From Paramoeba atlantica (taxonomy: Eukaryota; Protista; Discosea): a stretch of 64,000 nt of DNA. Position 1 is the stretch's first letter. Each line of letters starts with the position of its first letter. The notes under the pieces were generated by a model that was not told the origin of the DNA, did no database searches, and worked only from the letters and a program-made list of their open reading frames with translations. The position numbers were made by a program, and so were the translations under genes. Positions 21,188-31,772 of the stretch are shown piece after piece. The stretch lies in NCBI GenBank assembly GCA_977017575.1, contig CDRNVI010000012.1:1054001-1118000 (forward strand), given 5' to 3'.

Positions 21188-23701
21188 ATGACAAAGGATA
21201 GTTTTACCCGATCAGAGAATGGCCCGGACCAAATTTCTATGGACTACAACTTGTCAATTGATGCAATAGAGTCCTTATCATTGGAGCGTAAGGATCCAGG
21301 AGGGCATTTCCTGACAGATTCGATAAGCAATGCTTCTGCGGATCGAGTAGGAGTCCAGAACGAAGCAAGTGAATGTCACATTTCGCAAACATCGACAAAC
21401 GTCGGCACACTTGTCTTGGAAACCGAAATCTCAGACCGAGCAAACGATGACACTGCTCCTCCTCTGTCATGCCCTTGTTCCGATAATGATGATCAAGTAT
21501 CAAATCGAGTACCTTCGGTAAATTCACAATACAGCAGTTTTCAAGAAGGGGCAGCGCAACTGGAAAAGGTTTCTTTTTATGCTGAAAATTTACTTGACTC
21601 ATTGGACTCGCTACGCACTCGTTTGACCTCTTTGTTGTCAGAATATCACGAACGAAAAAAGTTACTTGATTATCTCAAGCGTCAACTTGCTAAGACGCAA
21701 CATTTTTGTCGCGTATTGCGTTACCACATGCAACAGATAGTGCTTGAGAAGCATCATACCCAAAGCTTGATGCGTGATCCTGTGAATTCCGATGCTTATC
21801 AAAATGCTCACAAGGCGCTCGAGCAAACTTTGCAGCGGATTTCGAATTATGATAACAAGCAAAAAAGTGACTCACAGCTGAACACTGCTGTATCTTCATC
21901 GAAAGACTCTTCAGAAAAAATAGCTACATTATCGTCGCAAGACGCAGAAACTAGCTCGTCTATGAATATGCCACGATTACATGGCTCTGATCCGAATAGC
22001 AAGAAAGTAAAATTGCTAATTCATCAGCTTCATGACATACACAACGCGCTTGTGACGCATGCTGGTCTGCGTTTGAGTAGTTTTTTGAAAGCACGCGTTT
22101 CAAGGCAACAAAATGATGCTTTTGAATCAAGCTCCTCCGATAATTTTTTAGGAGAACATCGGTTCCTTGTTCTCCTACTAGGGAAGCTTAATTACGCATC
22201 TCTTTCGGAAACACTTCAACATTACGCGAGTTTTCAATGTGCTAAATACCGTGAAGTGTTTCACAAATACGCGATTTTTCTGTTGGCTGCGTCATTAGAA
22301 TACGAAAAAGAAATTAGTGACTCGGAGAGGAAGTCTCATAATTTATTTGAAAAGTCAGCGTTGCTTCAAGGAGCTGATCCAGTAGCTCACAGTGTGTCAT
22401 ACGTAGTTTCACATTTGAGATATCAGCCATTACTTGAATCACTTTCTTATTCGGATATTCTCGACTACAGAACTAACAGCAAGCGTCTTACACACTTCGA
22501 AACGATCTTTCAGTGTCTAGTGAACCTTCTCCTGGACCTCACACATTATGAATATCACTGCTTAACATCTTTGACTTCTGTAATAGAATCTGTCGAACCA
22601 TACTTATCAGTCATGTTTGATCCGATTCTCACAGAATTGTGCAAAATACACAATATCTGGGTGGATTCAACTGATGACTATATCGCGTTGTTGCACGTCA
22701 TTCGGTGCATTGAGAAGACCATGGCGAATCCCAGTATGAAAATCTTTAATGCTTCTATTTGGAAAGTGATGCACAAAAATAGTTGCGAAACTTTATTTAC
22801 CGTTTTTCAAGGCCAAACTGAAAGTCTGCGTTCGATACGAGAGGAGACATCATTGGAAATTCCATGGCATAGAGTTTCTGTGTTACCCAGTACAGCGCGC
22901 TACGCAGAGTTTACTGCGTCCCTTTTACGATTTTGCATATTATTTCGTGAAACGAAGTGCAGGACAAGTGTACAGGACACGTATGTTTCCTCGGATAATA
23001 ATCTTCAAAATTGTAATCATATCACGGCGAATGTGGACAAAAAACCATTACATCATGATAGTTGCACTACGGGCACGTCTTCTAAACAGACTGAGATGAA
23101 TTGTTTAGGCTCAAGAGTAGGCACAGAATCTATTTTTGTTGACTCTTCGGTTCGATTACGTTCTCAGGTAGCATTTACGTATGCCCCGGCTGCACTTGAG
23201 TTTCCTTTACATGACTCGTTATCGGCCTTCGTAAGTTACGCTTGGAGTATTTTTGAGCAGTTTATTATTTTTGTATCTCGACTTATACCAACGGAAAGAT
23301 CTGTGGAACGCTGGCTGCTGAATAATTACTATCACGTAGTATTGGTGTACAAGGAGAGAGGGATTCCCCAATGGCGAGAGCAGTATCCTATCTTGAAACA
23401 GCTTGATGATCGAGTTCGGTTGTATCAGGAACACCTTATGGAAGATTGCTTAAACAAATTTTCAATAACTTCAGAGACACACTTGGGAGATGAATGGAGA
23501 CAAGTTATGAACTCGCAGTATCATGAACGTTTCAGTCATAATTTTGGTTCTTCGGATATGGGAAAGCTTTTCTACTCAGCTCTTACTAGTGATCTAGTTC
23601 ATGCCGATTCTAGAGAGGAGCTGTCAAAACTTTGTGCAGAAAAAATAGTTTTTCACAGCGAACACTCTGAAAATCGGGAGTCTTATAGTGTGCCACCTTA
23701 A
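21188..23701 (+). CDS. Vps52/Sac2-like GARP subunit
   Basis: N-terminal coiled coil, STARYAEFTASLL, RWLLNNYYHVV. First ATG at 21188. Confidence 0.65.
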   Translation: MTKDSFTRSENGPDQISMDYNLSIDAIESLSLERKDPGGHFLTDSISNASADRVGVQNEASECHISQTSTNVGTLVLETEISDRANDDTAPPLSCPCSDNDDQVSNRVPSVNSQYSSFQEGAAQLEKVSFYAENLLDSLDSLRTRLTSLLSEYHERKKLLDYLKRQLAKTQHFCRVLRYHMQQIVLEKHHTQSLMRDPVNSDAYQNAHKALEQTLQRISNYDNKQKSDSQLNTAVSSSKDSSEKIATLSSQDAETSSSMNMPRLHGSDPNSKKVKLLIHQLHDIHNALVTHAGLRLSSFLKARVSRQQNDAFESSSSDNFLGEHRFLVLLLGKLNYASLSETLQHYASFQCAKYREVFHKYAIFLLAASLEYEKEISDSERKSHNLFEKSALLQGADPVAHSVSYVVSHLRYQPLLESLSYSDILDYRTNSKRLTHFETIFQCLVNLLLDLTHYEYHCLTSLTSVIESVEPYLSVMFDPILTELCKIHNIWVDSTDDYIALLHVIRCIEKTMANPSMKIFNASIWKVMHKNSCETLFTVFQGQTESLRSIREETSLEIPWHRVSVLPSTARYAEFTASLLRFCILFRETKCRTSVQDTYVSSDNNLQNCNHITANVDKKPLHHDSCTTGTSSKQTEMNCLGSRVGTESIFVDSSVRLRSQVAFTYAPAALEFPLHDSLSAFVSYAWSIFEQFIIFVSRLIPTERSVERWLLNNYYHVVLVYKERGIPQWREQYPILKQLDDRVRLYQEHLMEDCLNKFSITSETHLGDEWRQVMNSQYHERFSHNFGSSDMGKLFYSALTSDLVHADSREELSKLCAEKIVFHSEHSENRESYSVPP

Positions 23702-23801
23702 AATTCACGAAATCTTCGCAATAATGTCATAGATCTGATACCTTGGGGGAAATATCGGGTTTCAGCCCTCTTAGATTCTTGGAGCAACATCACATTGTTC
23801 G

Positions 23802-23904
23802 TACAATCTGATACTTCATTCTGATTTTATGAATTCATTAAACATCATACTGTTCCTACAATCTGATACTACATTCTGATTTTATGAATTCATTAAACAT
23901 CATA
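23802..23904. repeat. ~50-bp tandem duplication
   Basis: tacaatctgatac..cattctgattttatgaattcattaaacatcata occurs twice. Confidence 0.85.
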
Positions 23905-24790
23905 GGACACTGTGCAAGTTTACCCTCCCTGTGGATGGCACGAAATGGCACAGGATGGCGCGGCGAGTCTAGTTTTAGGAATCGTCATCCTCCTAAGTAG
24001 CATTTTAAATAGGAGTAAATTTTCGGATGCTCTTTTGTAGTTTTGCATATTGTTTGATAATTCATAATTTGGAGGTGTCTTTACGTCACGAGTGGGGAGG
24101 TAAGTAAGCACAATCTTCCAGCTACCCTAATCTTCTCTTGCGAAAAAAGCGCGGTCGTAGTGATGATGAATTGAAGCAAACTAACTTAGACCATTTCATT
24201 GTTTATGGTAAGAATTGTACGGAAAGAACGGCTTCTGATTCTCTTCACCTCACTATCCTCGAGTCATGAACTCATATGAACTTATGGGAGAGAAGTAACG
24301 TAATATAAAAAAACGTTAACCACCGCGTTTAATGGATCGACTGCAAACTTGTACTTATAGTTGTTACCGCTTATGAGTTCCCCCAATTCTGGTACGCTTA
24401 TGAGTTCCTTTTTCTAAGGCGAATGTTTTTGTACCCACTTTTCGCGAAGCGATCTTTTTTTGCAAAGAACCCCAATTCATAAAAATCCCAACAACCATAC
24501 GTCAGGCTGCTCTACAGACTCGCTCACTGAGCGGATAATCATTTTAGCGCCAGTATTATTGTCAAGGAGAACCCGCGGCGCTTCGCGCCGCGGGCCCGAA
24601 TTTTCTTTTTTTTATGGCTCGAATTCTGGTCTGGTACGCTTATGAGCTCCTTTTTCTCAAAACCGGGGAACTCATAAGCAGGAGGGGTATAGTGCTTGGA
24701 ACCACCCCGCCTTTTCTTGTAAACGGGTACCAAGATCCACATGAAGACGAGCGCCAAAGGTCGTCATTGTGCCAAAAATCTTCGCTCTGG

Positions 24791-24850
24791 ATGGCACAGG
24801 ATGGCACGGAATGGCACAGGATAGCACCGAATGGCACAGGATTGCACAGG
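24791..24850. repeat. 10-bp minisatellite ATGGCACAGG x6
   Basis: Six degenerate 10-mers. Three related units also occur at 23935-23964. Confidence 0.85.
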
Positions 24851-24916
24851 ATAACTGCATAGTGTCCATAGACCACCATAATTCCATAAACAAACGTAAT
24901 TCGGTCCAATTTTTTG

Positions 24917-25290
24917 ACTAAACCACATACCCGTTTAACATACCTATACCTTGGATAACATACCGGGGGGGTATGTTATTCTGGCCTGCGACAGTTAACA
25001 TACCCCCCCTCGTCCTACGGCTTTTTTTTGTGCAACAGTACAAAAATCCAACCGTAATATCACGTACTTTTTTAACAAAATGTTTCTTTTATGCGTTTTT
25101 AGATGTATTTTTATACGTTTTAGCATTTAGTACTACACGCGGTACATCTTTAGATACAGGTTCTATCTGTGAGAGTGATTCTTTTCTTTCCTATTTCATT
25201 ACCAGTCTACTTAACATACCTATACCTTGATAACATACCTATACCTTGATAACATACCGGGGGGTATGCTAAATGGGTATGTGGTTTAGT
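24917..25290. mobile_element. MITE-like element with ~28-bp TIRs
   Basis: actaaaccacatacccgtttaacatacc versus the reverse complement of the right end, actaaaccacatacccatttagcatacc. Internal aacatacctataccttg repeats. No clear TSD. Confidence 0.7.
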
Positions 25291-25298
25291 TCTTTTTC

Positions 25299-25931
25299 AT
25301 GGCGCTCTTGATAAACTCTCTTAAACTGTTTCAGAATATGGATTGCTCTGATATCCCCGCTAGTTCTCGAAAAGGCAAGGTATCGGCGGCTAACCTACCT
25401 TCACAATATGCCTTATCTCTTATGATACAAAGTCTTGAGGTCCGTCCAAAAACCTGGACTGTAGAAACGCCAGCGAACGAGTGGCCCGGAGTAACGCTAA
25501 ATTCCCGCTCCGAAGTGGACACCATTATTTGGCGAAACAAAGGTCTTGTAGGAATAATTCTATGGAAATATTTACCATCCTCCATCAAAGTATTCGATTG
25601 TGGTCTGGACGCTTATATGTCACGCAATCGTCTTACCGGGGAAGTCGATTTTGCATTGCTTCCCGGCAATTTGGAGGAACTTCACTTGGGCTTCAATAAG
25701 TTTTACGGTCCTGTACAAACGAATTTATTTCCTTCATCTTTACGGATACTAGGGTTGCAGTGCAACAACTTTTCGGGCAAAATAGATTTTACAACGCTGC
25801 CACCATCGATGATCAAGATTAATGTGCAGCACAATGCAGCACTAGTGGGTACTTTCATTAAAGCGCAATCTCCAGATTTTACTTTGTTTTGTTCGGGGAC
25901 AGGTATCACAGTACTTAGTAGGGACTGGTAA
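25299..25931 (+). CDS. Short LRR protein (copy 5)
   Basis: SRKGKVSAANLPSQYAL, TPANEWPGV, LRRs. Confidence 0.9.
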   Translation: MALLINSLKLFQNMDCSDIPASSRKGKVSAANLPSQYALSLMIQSLEVRPKTWTVETPANEWPGVTLNSRSEVDTIIWRNKGLVGIILWKYLPSSIKVFDCGLDAYMSRNRLTGEVDFALLPGNLEELHLGFNKFYGPVQTNLFPSSLRILGLQCNNFSGKIDFTTLPPSMIKINVQHNAALVGTFIKAQSPDFTLFCSGTGITVLSRDW

Positions 25932-26200
25932 GTGACGAGAGTTTTCTACTGTTTGGCATGGACTTCGATGTTCTTGAAAGTATAGTTTGCTCTAAGGGCA
26001 GATTTCTAATCGACGAAAGGGTAATTTAAAGGTTCTGCTTTCGCTCCTTTTTTTCTTGTGGCAAATGTCTGCTTTTTATGAAGTCTAATTTTGTAGTGAT
26101 AGTTTATCTATAAAGATACTTTAAGTTCGATTATTTTACGATTCATGCATGTATAAACTTTTCTTAGGCAACGTATTTTAATAGATCTTTGTTCTGTTTG

Positions 26201-26596
26201 ATGGCACATTCGCTCGAGACTCCAGATTGGTCGAAGGATGAAGCATCGCTTGAAGGCGCCAAGGAATATCTCCGTATTGGAGATACGGTGGATTTTTTTG
26301 AATATGTGCTCTCGAGTTTAATGAGACAAAAGCCCGAGCAAATACCTTCGTTTTGTCTTGATCTTGTGTTAGGCCTGCGAAAAGATGGATCCGTGTACCC
26401 GCTGAATACCTCTCAATATACAAGAGAAAAAGAAGGTGCATATCTTGAGGAGAACGGGATCTGTGATTTTCTCAATCAGTGGATCGTAGAATTATTGAAT
26501 ACCCGCCCAGAGACCAACGAGGATCGAATGGAGTTTCATGAAAATTACCTTAAAAATATCCTTGTGCAGAAAAATATTTCCAAAGTTGTAGAATGA
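26201..26596 (+). CDS. Small protein with two RIIa/Dpy-30-like dimerization-docking motifs
   Basis: KEYL...DFFEYVLSSLMRQKPE..F and YLEENGICDFLNQWIVELLNTRPE. Confidence 0.6.
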   Translation: MAHSLETPDWSKDEASLEGAKEYLRIGDTVDFFEYVLSSLMRQKPEQIPSFCLDLVLGLRKDGSVYPLNTSQYTREKEGAYLEENGICDFLNQWIVELLNTRPETNEDRMEFHENYLKNILVQKNISKVVE

Positions 26597-26819
26597 TGTC
26601 TTTTTTATTTTCTTTTTAAGTTCGACACCAATGTATGCTTAACACAGCTCAACAGGTGCCGTTCTCGGTTTCTCATATCTTGCCCACAAAGCTTTGTTAG
26701 CTTTTCTCTCTACACTACAAAGCTTGTGGCATACATCTCACTACGTATTCGCTACAAACTCATTTACATTGCATTTTCTTTTCTACCTCCCCATCGTCTC
26801 CAAAACCCTTTTTACCCCC

Positions 26820-27614
26820 ATGCCCGCCATTCTCCCCACCCTTGACCGCGACAACACCTGTGCCGCCTCCCGTGTCGGGCCCCACTACTCCGCCTACAAC
26901 AAAGCCGTCGACCACCCCGACCCTTGCCGCAAATTCTCCAAATTCCCCGCGGGGTGCGCCACCCGTCCCACCACCTTCGCTCTCGCCCCACCCGACCCCT
27001 CCCCCCTCACCCCCACCGCCATGCGCCAAACCCCCCGCTTCCGTCACACCCCACTCCTCCGTACTACCGGACCACAACAACAGCAGCAGCAGCAGCAGCA
27101 GCCACAACAACCCTCCCATGGCCTACGCCACGGCTACCCCCGGGCCTACGCCTCCGAGGGCTTCACCATCACTACCCCTCTACGGGCGACCCCGAGCAAG
27201 CCCGCACGCAAGCCCCTCCCCGCCCCCGCGACCCCCGCCGCCCCCACCCCCCCACGGGGCTATGCCGGCGGGATCAAACCCCGCCGTGACATCAACGCCC
27301 AGTGCCGCACCGAGGCCCCGGGGCCCGCCGAGGTCAGCCGGGCGATCCGTGCCTCCTCACGGTACACCCACTCCGGCCGCGTGAGTGTCGGCGGGGGTGG
27401 GGGGCGGGAGGGGAGGGATGTGCTGCGGTTGAGTCCGGCCTCCTCCCCGCCCGGGGAGGGGGTGCGTCGGAGTATTGGGAGGCCGGGAAGGTACCGGTAC
27501 ACCCCGCGGCCAACGGATCAAACGCTGAAAGGGGTGTTTAAGGAGGACCCCGAGGCGAATCGGCGGGTGAGGCCGGTGGCGCGGCCGGCGCCGTATGGGG
27601 TGGATAGAAGTTAG
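26820..27614 (+). CDS. Hypothetical Pro/Arg-rich protein with polyQ tract
   Basis: Long ORF with first ATG at 26820 after a pyrimidine tract. No family recognised. Confidence 0.6.
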   Translation: MPAILPTLDRDNTCAASRVGPHYSAYNKAVDHPDPCRKFSKFPAGCATRPTTFALAPPDPSPLTPTAMRQTPRFRHTPLLRTTGPQQQQQQQQQPQQPSHGLRHGYPRAYASEGFTITTPLRATPSKPARKPLPAPATPAAPTPPRGYAGGIKPRRDINAQCRTEAPGPAEVSRAIRASSRYTHSGRVSVGGGGGREGRDVLRLSPASSPPGEGVRRSIGRPGRYRYTPRPTDQTLKGVFKEDPEANRRVRPVARPAPYGVDRS

Positions 27615-28028
27615 GGAGGGAGGAAAGGGTGGGGGGTTGTGTGTCAGAGGATGGGGATGTGGATAGATATCGATCGTGTGTTTGGTTTCTAGAATTTTTG
27701 GACAGGTTTTTGATCCACTCACGGTTTTTTGTACGGCATTTTTAGTTTTCTTGTATAGCTCGGGTATGAAAATTGGTCGCATCTCGAAATTGTAGATATA
27801 TTGTTACGACAGGGATAGAATGTGAGTTCAAAAAAAATGGATACATTGGGGGTACTCTTAAAGATATAATTTCTTGGACAGTCCGGGTAGCGTTTCAATT
27901 TTGTGGAGAAATCGCGTAAGAATCTGGTCAGTACGAATAGATCTATCAGACCGTACGTGTGCATGTACGTAGCATATGACATATGAGATATTAACTGGCT
28001 AGTCTTTTTTATAAGATTGAGTTATTCG

Positions 28029-31000
28029 ATGCGTCTGGAAAATTTAATAAAAAGGCAACCCCAGCAGAACGTACGTTTCGGTGCACGTCTTGAGCCCCCT
28101 CTAAAATCAGGCACATGCTCCCGTCATTCTTCTTTAGACAAAACGAGGCAATCAGTGGCTCTTGCCGGAGATGGAATAGTATCAACGACTTCATTACGCG
28201 CAAATTACGGAATTTTGTTTCGAAACTCACCTTTCACTGCGCAAAGGTCTCATTACGCGCGAAGTAGTGCACTCTTCACTCCACTTTTTAAGCCTTTTAG
28301 TGCTGGAGATGAAGCGGAATTGGTCTCTGTTCTTACCACACGGCCTCGACACGTGCTAAGAAAAGTTCGGTTGATGGTGGAGGGCAGTCGACAGCGTCTC
28401 GCCACATTTCGAAACACAGTTACATACTTAATGATTGTTCTTCAAGCCCAACTGCAGAAAAAGGTATTGAGTGCGGAAGCCGCAACTGAGATTATAGCCG
28501 TCATCTTGGAGGAGTGTACCAAATGGGATACCTCTGACCTTGCCCATTTACTGTTTCGCGCCTCATTGCGTTTTGCCAAATACGGCGTGAAGACCTCTCC
28601 CAGAACAATGCATCTTTTACTTCAATCTTACAAAAATGCAAAGAGTGCCCGAGAGTTGATGCTCAAACTCGGGGGTGAATTACAAGGCAAGTCGAGCACT
28701 GAATCATTGGCTATCGCGGCGTATCTTTTTGCAAAGGATCCTGCAAGGGCGGAAAAGGTCAGGGCTGATTTAAAGCAGAAAGGTCCGCTTACGATAAATG
28801 CTTACCAAGGGCTTGTAGAAGGATATGCGCGTCTAGGAAATACAAACAAAGTGGTTGAGAACATTAAAGAGTGTGTAAACGCAAAAACAATAGGAAGAGA
28901 ACCAGAATTAGAAGACAGTGATGACGGCGAAGCTGTTTACACTGCAAAAAGTGCGCCAAATAGAAAAGAAATTGTCAACATGCTTGTTGAGGATGCCCTA
29001 TGCTCGTTTCCAGCCGAATATGGCAAGGCGGAGGACGCGGAAAAAATTGTGCAACTTTGTGAAAGGCATGGGACCGGAAAACTCTCTGACGAAACTTTGG
29101 GTCATCTCGTCCGACTTCTCTTAAGCCGCGCACAAGACAGTCAAAGCATTATGAAGGTAGAGGAAAGAGCTAAATCGTTATCACGCTCTCGCGGGGCATC
29201 CGGAGAAGAGGGTACTGTAGGGGAATCAAAAATGGGTATTCACGTCCTTTCAGCTATCGTATCCGCCTTGAGTCGTGTACGAGACGAGGAGTCCAAAGCT
29301 TCGGACGGGATAATGCGAGAAAAAGTCAGCTCTTTGCGACTCGTCTTGGAACAACGCTTGGAAAGCGTCGAAACACGTGACGACGTTACGGGAAAACATT
29401 TAAGCATTCTAGTGCGAGGGTATTCTGCCTTGGGAGATAGTGAGGGGATGAAAAGTATTGTTTCCATGTTGAGAACGAAAGGATACACGTGTGACACCAC
29501 GATTTACATCGAACTGCTTCGAGGCTTTGGTTCCATGGGTAATGTAAAAGATTTGCTTGCCTTAAAAGAGCAAATGGACAAGGAAGGAGTATTTCAAAAT
29601 GCAGCTTCTTACGCCGCCCTTTTTCGGGGGCTCGGAAAATACTACCCAACCTTGCTTGATCGATATGAAAAGGAGATGAGAAGTCGTGGAATTCGTCACG
29701 AGCCGGTAACTTATTGCGCGCTCATCCCGCTCTACAACGATATGCAAAATTTGAATAAAATTGACGAGTACGTTGCTGACATTCATCGCCGTCACGAGCG
29801 CGGAGAGTTCATGTTCACATTTCCGATGATGTGTGCAATTCTTCGCGCTTACGTTTCAGATTTCGAGCGTGCTTCACGATATATCGATGTTGCTACAACA
29901 CTGAGCCTTGATTCTGATCCTATGGTACAGTCTTGTATTTGCTCCGTGTACACCTACCATGAAAAAATGGATGAGCTGCTCTTGTTTTTAAAACGCACTT
30001 CAAGTTACGGTATTGAAGTCTACAATCAGCTTATCTCGTATTACGGCCGCAAAGGAAATTGGGAAAAGCTCAAGGAAACGTTACAAAACCTGCGTGTCAG
30101 TCGAATTCCTTACAACGAGCACACCTACACCGCTCTTGTCCATGTCTACGCCAAAAACAAAGCGGTCAACAAAATCGCAGACCTGCTCCAAGACATCAAA
30201 GATTCTCATATGTATATCAGTGCCAATTTCTACAGCGCTGTCGCTCTCGCGTACCAAACCTGTGAGAACAGCTCAGAGGTGGAGGTCGCGTGGCGTGATC
30301 TCCTTGCCAGTCGCGTCCCTATTCCCACCCGGGTGTATAATCAATTCCTTGAGCTGTTTGTGGAGCAAAATAACTTTCCGCTAATCCAACAAGTTCTTGG
30401 CACAATGATGTCTCGCCTTCCACCGAATTCTATTACCCTCACTACTGTTATTGACATGTTAGGGAGGTTAGGGCGAGTAGAGGAGATGGAGTCCGTCTTT
30501 GAGGAGATGGTCCAGTGCGCGGAGGCCCAGCCTACCGCGGTGACTTACCATCACATGATGTCTGCCTACGCAAAGCGAGGAGATGTGACAAAGATGGAGA
30601 CCATGCGTCGGAAAATGCACGAAGTGGGGTGCTACGATGACAGCGGGGTGACCTATAACGTGCTTTTGGTAGGCTACACCCGCGCGAAACAGTTTGAGAA
30701 GATTCCGGAGATTATTGCAGAGCGAGAGAAACGGGGGATGCCGATGGATGACATTAGCTATGGTGTCCTGATTCGCACCTACGGATTCTGTCAATTGGAG
30801 TCTCGATTAGACGAAGTGGTGCGAAAGGTGGAGACGCAACTTGCCGAATCAGGCTCGGCGTCTCCAAACGTTGATAATGCTAAACGACCCATGGGCCTCC
30901 GGCTGCTGTTCTCTATTGCATCTGCGTACCAAAGCTGCAATCACAAGGCCAAGGTACACCACTACGGGGAACAAGTGCTAACGCACCCCCAACGTGGGTT

Positions 31001-31400
31001 GCGTGAAATTAACGGTATTCTGGTTCTCTACTGTAGAATGAGCGACTCCGAGGCTATCGAGAGCGTCCTGGGGCGTTTCGGTTCCGTGCAGAATGCAATG
31101 TTATACAACACCGCGCTACGTGGGCTTGCGCGGTCCAAACTATGGGATCGTGTTCCCTCGTTGCTGGATCGCATGAAGGCCACGGGGGTAGGGGTGGATG
31201 CCACAACCGGGATGGAACTCAGTGCTGCCCTCATGAAAAATGGAGACATGGAACTTGCCAAGCGAGTATTGCTCCTGCAACAGAGCGACGACAGTGTCCG
31301 AGCTCGAAAAGGGAAGAGAAATGTTTCCTCGTCCAGAGTGCGTGAGGTTGAGGCACAAAAGGCCAAAATAGAAGCCGACCTGAAGGATTCTTTTATATAG
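28029..31400 (+). CDS. Large pentatricopeptide-repeat protein (probably mitochondrial RNA metabolism)
   Basis: Many 35-aa repeats, e.g. EVYNQLISYYGRKGNWEK..., AVTYHHMMSAYAKRGDV..., VTYNVLLVGYTRAKQF. Confidence 0.9.
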   Translation: MRLENLIKRQPQQNVRFGARLEPPLKSGTCSRHSSLDKTRQSVALAGDGIVSTTSLRANYGILFRNSPFTAQRSHYARSSALFTPLFKPFSAGDEAELVSVLTTRPRHVLRKVRLMVEGSRQRLATFRNTVTYLMIVLQAQLQKKVLSAEAATEIIAVILEECTKWDTSDLAHLLFRASLRFAKYGVKTSPRTMHLLLQSYKNAKSARELMLKLGGELQGKSSTESLAIAAYLFAKDPARAEKVRADLKQKGPLTINAYQGLVEGYARLGNTNKVVENIKECVNAKTIGREPELEDSDDGEAVYTAKSAPNRKEIVNMLVEDALCSFPAEYGKAEDAEKIVQLCERHGTGKLSDETLGHLVRLLLSRAQDSQSIMKVEERAKSLSRSRGASGEEGTVGESKMGIHVLSAIVSALSRVRDEESKASDGIMREKVSSLRLVLEQRLESVETRDDVTGKHLSILVRGYSALGDSEGMKSIVSMLRTKGYTCDTTIYIELLRGFGSMGNVKDLLALKEQMDKEGVFQNAASYAALFRGLGKYYPTLLDRYEKEMRSRGIRHEPVTYCALIPLYNDMQNLNKIDEYVADIHRRHERGEFMFTFPMMCAILRAYVSDFERASRYIDVATTLSLDSDPMVQSCICSVYTYHEKMDELLLFLKRTSSYGIEVYNQLISYYGRKGNWEKLKETLQNLRVSRIPYNEHTYTALVHVYAKNKAVNKIADLLQDIKDSHMYISANFYSAVALAYQTCENSSEVEVAWRDLLASRVPIPTRVYNQFLELFVEQNNFPLIQQVLGTMMSRLPPNSITLTTVIDMLGRLGRVEEMESVFEEMVQCAEAQPTAVTYHHMMSAYAKRGDVTKMETMRRKMHEVGCYDDSGVTYNVLLVGYTRAKQFEKIPEIIAEREKRGMPMDDISYGVLIRTYGFCQLESRLDEVVRKVETQLAESGSASPNVDNAKRPMGLRLLFSIASAYQSCNHKAKVHHYGEQVLTHPQRGLREINGILVLYCRMSDSEAIESVLGRFGSVQNAMLYNTALRGLARSKLWDRVPSLLDRMKATGVGVDATTGMELSAALMKNGDMELAKRVLLLQQSDDSVRARKGKRNVSSSRVREVEAQKAKIEADLKDSFI

Positions 31401-31772
31401 TAGTTACAGTAGTATACTATCACAAACTTACCGTTAGTTATCACAAACTTACCGGTAGTGGTACTGTTTTCAGATAGAAAGTATCTTTCACTTAACTTTT
31501 TGTAGATACACATTTGTGGATATATTTTGTTAGTTTATTTAATAACCACATTACTTAACGGGTGTTCACTTGAATAAGGGCAATAACATGACCGTTGGAG
31601 CAATAGAGATATTTCTATTGTACAGATTAAATTTCTCTCATTATTTTCGAAAAAACAAAAAAGGAATAATGAAAAGGCTTTATCACTCTTACCTTTAAGC
31701 ACTATTTTACTAGAAAATTTGAATCATATAGTTGTAAGTTATCTTACCTCACTAATAACACTCCCCCCCACC

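Noticed and set aside
24162-24238. ATGATGA...CTGA as another C/D snoRNA
   Set aside because: No convincing C'/D' boxes, single copy, and only a short uncertain rRNA match.
25150-25168. tagatacaggttctat as a second SL relic
   Set aside because: Too short, lacks the CAGTTTCTGTAC core and donor, and is compatible with chance.
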